A DNA stretch of 64,000 nucleotides from Macrostomum lignano. Taxonomy: Eukaryota. Shown here in pieces: positions 25,601 to 36,100 of this stretch (its first letter is position 1; each line of letters begins with the position of its first letter). Both the position numbers and the translations under genes were made by a program. The notes beneath the pieces are model-generated. The model ran no database searches and was not told the DNA's origin. It saw only the letters and a list, made by a program, of their open reading frames with translations. Location: NCBI GenBank assembly GCA_002269645.1, contig NIVC01000514.1:434001-498000 (forward strand), given 5' to 3'.

Positions 25601-26217
25601 TGGGCGGGTGCGTGTGGTGCCTGTCCGGCCGGTCCTGTTTGTCCGGCCTGTCCTGCTGGCCGCTGCCGGCAGGCCGCTGACTCGCTCGCAGAGCCTGGCG
25701 GAGGGATCAGAGAAGACGGACATGAATGCAGCAGTGAGGCGTTGAGTATTCAGCCTCTAGCTGGCGATCCAAATTAGGACAAACTTTACTGAGCAATAAA
25801 AACAGTCTATTAATAAATAAAACTCAACCAATTTTATACCGACAGCAGCTCTATGAATTGTGCAAAAAATACAACAGACAGGCAGACGCTTGCCAAACAG
25901 CGAGGCTCACCTGCTCATAGGACGGCGGCAGGTCGTCCGGCTTGGCGGCAGCCGCCACCGGGGAGCCGACGATGGCGGGCTCCGCCTTGCTGTCCACGGC
26001 CGCCTGGCGCCTCTTGGACATCGCCAGGGCCGCGGAGCCGGGCGCGGACTCGCTGAGGCGCAGCAGGCTGTCCACGGTGGTGTGCACCACGCCGTTGTTG
26101 TCGCGAAGCACGCACTCGATGAGCTGCGGGTCCAGGCTGGGGAACATCGTCTGGAAGTCCGACATCGCCTCGTAGAAGTCCAGCTGGCGGGGCCCGCTGG
26201 AGGCGGCGGCTGTGGCT
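22607..26217 (-). CDS. CUEDC1: CUE domain-containing protein 1 orthologue; first exon/start not located
   Basis: Phase-consistent exons 26217-25911 (RQLDFYEAMSDFQTMFPSLDPQLIECVLRDNNGVVHTTVDSLL, the CUE domain), 25694-24470 (RWNPPLLGALPDDFLRI; DERLAIALQNEEFL...DFMRTLQRD), 24379-24254 (QLRHMGK) and 22893-22607. These blocks match the conserved CUEDC1 motifs. Confidence 0.88.
22941..24148. repeat. 22-bp minisatellite (ccactgcccgcttccacactca) filling a CUEDC1 intron
   Basis: Direct tandem periodicity between exon boundaries 24254 and 22893. Confidence 0.95.
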
Positions 26218-28584
26218 CTGCGAAATCGGGGGCGGCAATTTCTAGCTTTTTGTGAGGATATCGATTGCTAGAAATAACCTCACCGATTCTTGGAAATGAG
26301 GATTATAATTCTCAGAAAATTGGTGTAAATTCTAGGAAATGGGGATGCAAATCCTTGAAAATGAGGATAATAGTTCTTGGACACGAGGGTTAGAAATTCT
26401 TAGAAATGAAATAGAAACAAGAATACTGATTCTTAGAAACGAACACATTGATTATTAGAAATAAGGATATTGGTTCTTGGAAACAAGGCTATTAATTATT
26501 GGAAATAAGGTTACTCAGTCTATTCTATGAGTCATGATATCAATTCATTAAATCTATTTACCCCCTACTATTTAAAAGATTGTTTGACCTTTCTTTTGCA
26601 CAAGATTCTTGACAACAGAACACACAAAGCAAAGCATGGGCTGCTTACCGAGAGTCAGTCCGTGACCTCTGCCCAAGTGAGGTCATGGTTTGGCAAATCA
26701 GCAAATGCAGGCCAGCAAAATTCAAATATTTTCTTTTATAGGTCCCCAAGCAGCAAAACAAAAGAGCAATTTTTTATCCTTAAAAGCAGTCCAGTCTTGG
26801 ATTTAATCTGCAATGAATTTTTTATCAAATTATTAATAACATAACACCTTTGTGTTTAAGATATAACCTAAACAATGACAATGACAAGGACTGAAACACC
26901 AACATCTTTACCCAACTCTTTATAGTGCTAAGCCTCTCTGACCAACAGACATAGAAATTCAATAGTCAATAGAAGTCTTGAAAATCCCAAGAACCCCAAC
27001 AATTTTATAATGATTTTTACTTCAAATTCAATATGAATTACAATTTTTTTAAGTTTAGAAAAACAAGGTGCCAAATTAGCATTTGGGTCTGAATTGAAGA
27101 TGCCAAAATGATATTTGATGTGTTATGACATGTGCTATGACATAAAAATATAATATTTTTGCTTTAATATCATAATTAGCACAATACATGCCCAACTTTG
27201 AAAGTTCACCTGGCTGTGCAACTTACTTTTTAACCAAAAATGTGACTTATTTATGAAAGAAACCCTATAGCAAAATTAATATAATTTTGGGTAAATGGCA
27301 AAAGTTATGACTGTATTACTAAGGCTAAATATCTTATCATCTAAGTAGTACTATATATAGATTTTTAAGTCAGCATGTTGCAAATAACTTTGGCCAGACC
27401 TCTTATCACATGGAAAAATTAGCTAGGTGTTGGGCATGTATAATTAGCACAATATTTTGCTAAACTTATCAATTGATAAACATTGTGATATGACATGACT
27501 TTAATATAGATATTATTTATAATTGTTCAAATATACAGTTTGACACATTTTGTTTTATCTATGGACTAAATGAAGCTGCAAAACAGGCTTGGGTAAAAGC
27601 CCACTGTGAGAACTATGAAATAAAAAGAAATAAGAGCAAGACTAAGAACCTTGGAGCAGCATAAAAGTCTACTATGATATCAGAAGTAATAATTAACGCC
27701 TTAAGCATATTGAAATAACCTGAAAACATAATAATGGCATTGCTGTCTTGAGAACCTGCAAGAGCTTCCCTGGACAGAAGACAAATTTGAGGCCTGGATC
27801 AAATGGTTTGAAGCTGTTGTGACAGGGGTGTTTCCTGTTCAATATGAAATCCCACTATTAAGCTACTAGCTGTGACAGGCCTTTTCGCTCTGTCTTTCTA
27901 AACTCCTAACTATTGATGCTAGTGTTTATTAAATATCCTACGAGCTGCCACCAAAGTTAGTTTTATAATTTCCTCTATTATATTTCTACTGCTGACACTA
28001 AATCGTGCCTATTGTTTCAAACTGTTTCTTAGAATTTCATTAGAATATTTCTGGGTAGCGTTCTTAGTAGCATTTCTGGTAGTGTTCTGGTAGCTTATGG
28101 CCTTTCTGGTAACGTTCTAGTAGCTTATGGCCTAAGCAGTCTAGTACTAGTCCTTGTATTAGTAAATAGTCCTAATTGAGCGTTTACCGAGACTAGAGGG
28201 TCACGGCGCTTCTCTTAGTATATCTCCAAGAATTAGTCCCAATTCCCTCTCTTAGCAAGTTTCTTGGTACTGCTCTCAGCTTTTGTAAATGAATAAGTCG
28301 CTATTAAACTCAAAAGACTTTGAAATGTATAGGTTGAACTGCTATTTTGTTTGCAATGTTTTGCTCACAAGTCAGAGACAGTTGGTTATATTTCAACTCA
28401 AATGGCTCCTATATATAGTGGTCCCCTCATATAATTAAAACAAAAGAATTCCCCAATTTATTTTGTGCAGTAAAACAAAATATTTAGTACAGTAAAACAA
28501 ATACATTCAATGCATTAAAACAAAATATTTATCTAGTATTTCGCACAAGTTTGGTTTCTAAGAAATCATACCTTTATTGCTAAA

Positions 28585-29880
28585 AATTTGTAAAGTATTG
28601 AAGCACTACTACACTGTCTATAAGAGATCCAGCATGAAGGCAGGTTTTTTTAGATTGGAAATCCAGTTGCCAACTAGCCCTTAAGGCCAAAATCTAGTTG
28701 CCAATGGCTATTTTTGGTTGCCCATTGGCAACTAGCCAAATTTTCAAGGATGGATATTTCCAAGGCTAAGTTTGAAAAGCAGAAATTTGTTCTCTCAACT
28801 CTAGATTGCTATTTATTTATATGGCACTTTTGTTATATTTACAAAATCATTTTTTGGAATTGGCAACTGGCAAGGAAAAATGAAGTTGCCAGATTGGCTT
28901 CTGATACCAAAAATCCAGTTGCCAATAAGATTTTCAAGGGGCCAAAAAACCTTGTATGGCCAAAAAAGCCCAGCATGAAGGATGAGAAGGAGGAAGGATT
29001 TTTGCCCAAGACTGACTTCTTCATAAGCCTTATAGGGAAACTGTCTATGACAAGCTGTGGAACCTGGTTGCTCCGGTGAAGCCAGAGAACAAGACCTTCA
29101 AGGAATTGAAGGATGAAATTGAGAAGCATGTCGTGCCATAGAAGAAACTGGTTGTAGCTAAGTGCTACAAGTTTAACTTACTAAAGCAAGATGAAAATGA
29201 ATCAGAGGCAGATTTCGAGAACAGGTTATAATATTCAAGCAGACCAATGTTAATTTGGAAATTTCCTACAAGAAGCTTTGCAAGACAGATTTGTGGCAGG
29301 ACTATGCAGTGAGTGTAATGAAAGAGCTGCTTATCAAAGGCTTGCTGAGCTAACCCTGGAGCTAGCAGTAGAGACTGCCATGGCAAAAGAGCAAATAAGC
29401 AAAAATGCTTTAAGTGCTAATAGAAAGGTAGAAACAGTCAGTGCAATTAAGGGCAGAGTACAACAAAATAGGGCCTAAGCTCATGGATGCACATTCAGCA
29501 AAGCTTGCAATTTCTATATAAAGAGACACTTGCCAAAGGCATGCCCTATTTTTGGAGCAAAATGTCAAAAATATAGAAAAATGAACCATTTTAGAGCTGC
29601 ATATAAGCTTAACAAGCTAGCTAGCTCATATGGAAGGATGTCATCAAGTTCCATTAAAAGAAAGCTGTCAATGTGAGAGTGTGCAAGAATTGAGGAGGAT
29701 GAACCAGCCAAGGACAATGAGCTTTTTAGCCTATGCGATGACTAGGACTGATCAAGCATCTGGATCAATGTAAAACTAAACAATAAGGGTATTGCTATAA
29801 TGGTGGACTCTGGTATATCAATGACCTGCAATTCTAAAATTTTGGCTCAAAAACTAGGACTGCATTGGATAGACACTAAT
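28585..29880 (+). mobile_element. Degenerate Ty3/Gypsy gag-protease relic
   Basis: Gag-like FFISLIGK...LWNLVAPVKPENKTFKELKDEIEKHVVP*KKLVVAKCYKF..LKQ...LQDRFVAGL...LTLELAVETAMAKE, and a retropepsin-like IMVDSG at ~29800. Interrupted by stops and frameshifts. Confidence 0.75.
28641..28973. mobile_element. hAT-like non-autonomous element (MITE) nested in the Gypsy gag relic
   Basis: 8-bp direct repeat catgaagg at 28633-28640 and 28974-28981. Imperfect termini caggttttttt ... aaaaaagcccag. Repeated internal gttgccaa/ttggcaac motifs. Removing it restores a continuous gag-like frame. Confidence 0.65.
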
Positions 29881-31199
29881 AAATTGAACTAGCATATTGA
29901 TTATATTGAAGTAACCTAAAAACATAATATAGCAAATTAATAATATACAGTTAATAAATTCTTCTTATAGTAGGCCTATAAAATAATTAGGCAGTGCTAT
30001 TACTTTACTCATATTATAAAAATCAAATTTGTGCAAGATGCCAAAACTAAGTTTTTTTTATTATATGATTGAATGAATTGATAAATTTTAATTTAATATA
30101 TGTAAATACCCAAGTCACCATTTGAAATACAAGTGACAAAGTTGTGCAGGCAATTCTTGCCAGCTATGCTCACTTAGCCGAGGGGAGAAAGTCTTAAAGA
30201 TTCCTGCTCAAACCATAACTTTATTTATAAATTATAACCATTGGCGATGTTTTGCAGACAGCGTGCAAGGCTTAAAAGCGTAATTCACACGCGGGAATAA
30301 AATCAATTCCAGAATACATTCACATATATGGAAACTAAGCGAGTCGGAGAAAAGAATGCGACTGCGCAAAAAATTAAGTCAGCAGGGTGCACAGTGCAGA
30401 GGGTAAGTATGTACGGTATGGGAACGGGGGAAATGAGTCAGGACAACTTGTTACATATACATAAGAAAGTGACTATATAAAAATATCTGCCCTGTCCACA
30501 TCCCATGTTAGAACGGCGGATCTCTGGTTTATTTTCTTCAGGCAAATAGCTTTGTACAAGAGTAGCCTGTTCATCAGACAGATAATGTATTGATTGAAGT
30601 TAAATATCCCTCTTTTAACTAAAATCTTTAATTACTAGAAAATGAAACAGAAACGGGTACTGGTATGTGGTATTAAGCACGATCGAAAATGCAAAAATTA
30701 TTATTATGAATACAGTCGGCAACCCTGTTGTATCTTGTTTTTAAAACTATAGAATTTTATTATATAAAAATTTTTAATTAATTTTTGTTATTTAAAAATC
30801 CTGCAAGTTCTAATTTTAAATTATTGTGCGCCAAAAAAGCAAATTTAAAACAAAAAATGTGACTTTATTGACGCCATTTTTACTTAAAGCTACTCTGAAT
30901 ATGGATAAAGTTATAGCAACGAGTCGATTTGTTAAATTTTACAAATACATATAATTTTTTTTATTTTTTAAAACATCATCCCGGGATGCAGAGGCATTGA
31001 ATATTGAATATTGTCAGTCAGTCAGATCAGGAACGACACTCAGGAAGAGAACGACACATCCGAAATCGTTACCTTCAAGGTAAGAGAAAACTCGAGTTGA
31101 TTACTGGGTTGCCTAGCAGTAGCTAAAAGTGATTGTTCCTTGATTACTAAGAAATTCTTGGTAGTAAGGAACAGATCAAGTGGCATCTTTGAGTTCATC

Positions 31200-31690
31200 C
31201 AGCGTCACCAGTCGTCCATCAGCTACCAAGCCAAAATTATAAACTTCCACAGTGTCGGATTGAATGATTTCAGTAGCGTTATTGTCCTTGATTCCATAGC
31301 TCCTCCTTGGCAAGCTGGCATCCACATCCAGCATCAATTCTTCCCAGTACTGCACTTTTTAATTGAATTCTGTCAGTTTTAGCGCTCACCGGGTCAGCCT
31401 ATGGCTAAGACCGTCTTCGGTAGATTCTTCATAGAATTAATTATATGACCGAACTTCAAATTGAGGTGCTTGGTCAGTCTACAGTGTGCATCTCTTGCCG
31501 AGAAGCATTTTCCTAGCTCTTTCAACCGCCCAGACGTTCGCCAAGCGAAGGCTTCTCTCTCGATATTTGAATAGTTTGATTCAGCCTCAGTGAGCGCTCT
31601 CGACATGTACATGCCCGGGTGCTCCGCCTGCACCAACACCGCACCAAGAGACCGCTCACTGGCGTATACTCCGGCACTTCTCAGCAAAGC
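31200..31690 (-). mobile_element. Degenerate Ty3/Gypsy pol (RNase H region) relic
   Basis: ASERSLGAVLVQ.EHP.MYMSRALTEAESNYSNIEREA, then LLGKRCTL*TDQAP and RLTR*ALKLTEFN*KVQY, matching Gypsy RNase H consensus motifs with inactivating stops. Confidence 0.8.
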
Positions 31691-31910
31691 CACTGGGATT
31701 AAAGCGACTGGGATTAAAGCGACTGGGATTAAAGCAACTGGGATTAAAGCGACTGGGATTAAAGCAACTGGGATTAAAGCAACTGGGATTAAAGCAACTG
31801 GGATTAAAGCAACTGGGATTAAAGCAACTGGGATTAAAGAAACTGGGATTACAGCAACTGGGATTACAGCAACTGGGATTAAATCAACGATGATGAGAGC
31901 AACTGGGATT
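31690..31910. repeat. 15-bp minisatellite (actgggattaaagca)
   Basis: Direct. Confidence 0.93.
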
Positions 31911-32567
31911 TATCTATAGCCTTCATAGTTCAGAGTCAGGTACCAATTTTCACCAGAATTTTAGCGCACCAGATCAAAGAAGCTGCGGATCTCAGCCTCG
32001 GTCATTGTGCCGTTTTTGACGGGCACCGCCTGCATCGGGCCGTTCAGCATTCGTGAGTCGCCTGATCTAAATCATGTGCTGTTGGGAATGCTTTATGCAG
32101 AAAATGAGCCTATTTGAGTCAACTGCTCTGGCGGCACGAAGCCTCCGTTGGAGAAAAATTTTCGGCTCAAGAAAGACGCCGATGTCAGGCCTCATTCTGG
32201 TAGCACTGCTCCCCGGCCTGCAGGTGGCCGAGTTCGACTCGGACACTCGCCAGTGCTCGCTGTTCCCATACACCACAGTGTGCCACCTCATCGATGAACT
32301 CGCTGCTGCAGAGAGCTCGCAATCCCAGAGCCGTCAATCTCCTCACATTGAGCAGTGAACTCATGCTGGGCGCGGGCTAGAAGCTGAGAGCCATAAGCGA
32401 CGTTGCTCTCTCAAGAACGACTTGCTCTCTGGCTCTTATTCTTCGCCTAGCCTAGTCAGGCACCTGGGATCTCGATCGCCTTGCTTAGTAGTCATGTATC
32501 GCGAAGTTTTTCATTGATTTTCTTCATTCATTTTCGCGATGCGCATGCAGAATCGAGAAAATGTGCC

Positions 32568-32825
32568 CATGTTACGAGACTCTGTGTACATGTTATGAAC
32601 CTCTGTGTACATGTTATGAACCTTTGTGTACATGTTATGAACCTCTGTGTACATGTTATGAACCTTTGTGTACATGTTATGAACCTCTGTGTGCTATGAA
32701 CCTCTGTGTACATGTTTTGAGCTTCTGTGTACATGCTATGAACCTCTGTGTACATGCTATGAACCTCTGTGTACATGTTTTGAGCTTCTGTGTACATGTT
32801 ATGAACCTCTGTGTACATGTTATGC
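32568..32825. repeat. 21-bp minisatellite (tgtacatgttatgaacctctg)
   Basis: Direct. Confidence 0.92.
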
Positions 32826-32924
32826 GTGCATGCAACACCATTCATTTGCATGCAGGTGTCCCCGGGTCCCTTGGCTTGGTGTTTCTAGAAGAGTATCCAG
32901 AGGACTTTTAGTAGGTTAGATAAG

Positions 32925-33180
32925 TTAGTTAGGGCTAGGTTTTAGGTTGGAGTTAGATTTTAGGTTAGGGCTAGGTTTTAAGTTGGAGTTAGATTTTAGG
33001 TTAGGGCTAGGTTTTAAGTTGGAGTTAGATTTTAGGTTAGGGCTAGGTTTTAGGTTGGAGTTATATTTTAGGTTAGGGCTAGGTTTTAGGTTGGAGTTAG
33101 ATTATGGGTTAGGGTTAGGGTTAGAGCTTAGGGATTTGAGTTTAGGATACGGTCTAGGTTAGTTTTAGGTAGGGTTAGGT
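32925..33180. repeat. TTAGG(G)-like degenerate array (36-bp higher-order unit)
   Basis: Unit ttggagttagattttaggttagggctaggttttaag. Confidence 0.85.
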
Positions 33181-36100
33181 TCGGCTGTCAAATGTCGTAT
33201 GCCCAGCAAATTTGTTTCTGCGTTGGCGGCTTCCGGAAATGGGAAAAGAAAGAAGCAGGCGATCGGGTATTGAGCTGAGATCCCTACGGTTAAAGTGCAA
33301 AAAAGCTTTCGGCTGACGGAACTCCGCGGTGCGCTTGTGCTGGTGAACGGAAGCCATCAACTCCGTGTATTTGAGCACCGGGGGCGAGCATGAGCTGACT
33401 ACAGTCTGTCTGTAGGGTTTGATTCGATCGCTACTCTTTGCAGGCCTTCAAACATGAGCAGTGAACTATTTTGATTGAATTTGGTGCTAAAGGTAAATAA
33501 AATCTAGACAAATGACCTCAAGTGACCCTCGAGGATCAGTTCGGGGAGCGGCTTCTGGACCGCTTAGTCTCAAGCGCGCATTCACAGCAGTGCTTAATTA
33601 TAATCTTAAAGAATATTGCGGCATGACGTGAACTAAGTCAATGATTGCAGAGGGAATGGGGCTGCAGGCTAACGAGCTCTGCCTCAAGCCCGCTATTCAC
33701 AGCGGGCCTCTCAGCTGCTGCAGCAAAAGTAACACGCAGACTATAAGGAATATCATAAGAATTAGCTTTGCTCGTACCGAGGTTGGGAAAGCAATGAGTG
33801 TTGAGCAGAAATTAAAAACTCCACTTAAGCATAGAGATTAAAATGGTGAGAGAAGTTTGCCCATTGCTGCGCTGTCTAGCTTGTCCCACGGTTTTCAGTT
33901 AAGTTACTTCAGCAGATTCGAATTCTCAGCTGCGTCCACTTTGTTCTCAGCTGTTGAGACAAGCTGAAATTTGAAGTTTCGACTTATTTTTTTCTTTCTT
34001 TCAACAGCTTTTGGTCACGAAGGGAAAGGGAGCCCGCAGTTGGGGTGGCTGAGGGCAATTTCAGGGACAAGATTTAGAGCGCCAATGTACGCAGAAGGGA
34101 GCCAGCAGTTGGGGAGGGTGAGGGCAATCACGGGGACGAGATTTAGACCGCCAATGTACTCGGAGGAAGGAAGCCAGCAGTTGGGGTGGGTGAGGGCAAT
34201 CACGGGGACGAGATTTAGACCGCCAATGTACTCGGAGGAAGGAAGCCAGCAGTTGGGGTGGGTGAGGGCAATCACTTAAGAGTGCACAGTTAAGATAAGT
34301 GGCTGGAGTAAAAGCAAAACTTACCCACCTGCGCAGCGATCACCTGACGTGATACATGGATGTCGGGGGCAGGAAGTTGGAGCAGCTCCGCAGCAGGCGG
34401 TTGTAGTTGTCCAGAATTATATTCTCCCGATGCAGGTTGATGTCAACTTGCGGATCAAACAGATGCGAGTTGCCGTGCTGCAGTTCCCGGAACTCCTCGT
34501 ACTCGTACACATTCCAATAGGGCACGCCGCAGTTCTTCATCAGCTCCTGGCCGCCACCGCCACTACCGCCGCCCCCGCTGCTCGCAGGAACGTCGCACGG
34601 GTTGTTTGAAGTCTGCTGCGTCTTCGGAGTCGCTGACTCGGTCTGGGTGCTCAGCTGCAGGTTCGGTGGGGGGAGGCAGTGTTGCAGAGCAGCTACTTTG
34701 CCAGCAGTACTTTGAGCTGCCCAGTCTCATTCATCATCACTGAGAGACTCACCTGCGCGTTGCTGGCTGACCAGCAGCCGGGCAGCGGGTGGCGCTTGTT
34801 GGACTGGTTGCTGCAGGACAGCGGCACCAGCAAGGCCGACAGTGACAGCGGCTGCGCTGGCTGCTTCAGCTGACCGCGGCTGCCGCGGCTCCGCCTTGAT
34901 TGGCTGCGGGCCGCAGCCCCTGTCAGGTGAGCGGCATTTTGGGGTGCGCGATTTTGAATTTTTGTCCATGAAGGAGTATGTGCGTACATTTCTACTATTA
35001 GTAGATAAACAAAGATTTGCAGTAGGTTTTGAGCACCCCCTTGCACTGACTCCTGCTGACAAGGATAATGTCAGGGGACACCTAAGGACAAGGCACACGT
35101 CCCAAATGAAGTTCAGGCAAGCAACACGGGAAAAGCATAAAGTAATTAAGCCAAAAAATTATTCTTAGAAAAACCTAAGGGTAGCATGCAGACTTTCTGT
35201 GTCTTAAGCGCTGCTTCATGAGGAGGGGAAGCGAGTCGATGACGCGCGTCTTTTTTTGACCAATGTACCGGTTTGAAAGTTCTAGAATTCTATAACTCCC
35301 ACGAGGTGGTCGCTAGTGAAGCTTCTGGTGAAGAAAGTCTGGGAGCCTCAGAACAGACGATTTAAAAAATAAACATTTGACCCGATTATATTTTGGTTTC
35401 CCCGCGTTCCCGTCCCCTCTCTTCATTTCTCCGATTTTGCAGCACCCCAAGCGCAGAATCCCTCTTCCTCACCTGAAGCGAACTCGACCCGCCTCCCGCC
35501 GCCGCCCCCGCCGGCGCCGTCAGTTCCAGCTGTGCGCTCCGAGCGCGCGGCATAGTGCGAACTGCGCTGGTCCTTCTCACTGGCCGGCTGCAAGGTGAGG
35601 GGTGAGAGAGTGCGGAGTGAGTGGTGCGGGGTGAGGGGTGAGAGAGTGCGGAGTGAAGGGTGCGGGGAGGGAACGGGATGAGGGGTACAGAGTGAGGGGT
35701 GAGGAGTGAGGGGTGCAGAGTGAGGAGTGCGGAGTGAGGGGTCCGGTTGCTACCTAACCCCTAGCCGCTACCCAACCCCAATCTCTAAAGCCGCTACCCC
35801 AACCCCAATCTCCAAAGCCGCTACCCCAACCCCAATCTCCAAAGCCGCTACCCCAACCCCAATCTCCAAAGCCGCTAGCCCAACCCCAATCTCCAAAGCC
35901 GCTACCCCAACCCCAATCTCCAAAGCCGCTACCCAACCCCAATCTCCAAAGCCGCTAGCCCAACCCCAATCTCCAAAGCCGCTAGCCCAACCCCAATCTC
36001 CAAAGCCGCTACCCCAACCCCAATCTCCAAAGCCGCTAGCCCATCTCTCAATCCTCCCAGAGTCGCACCAGCTGGCTGTCTCCGCAGTAGTCCTGCAGGT

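Noticed and set aside
31940-32400. Coding-looking segment on both strands (including an SH3-start-like LARAQHEFTAQ)
   Set aside because: It is short with several competing frames and could not be linked convincingly to a gene. It may be a terminal exon of the orphan gene.
33971-34279. Apparent neuropeptide-precursor-like ORF (hydrophobic start plus GSQQLGWVRAITGTRFRPPMYSEE repeats)
   Set aside because: It starts at TTG, has no dibasic or amidation (G-K/R) sites, and is simply a 72-bp minisatellite antisense within an intron of the minus-strand gene.
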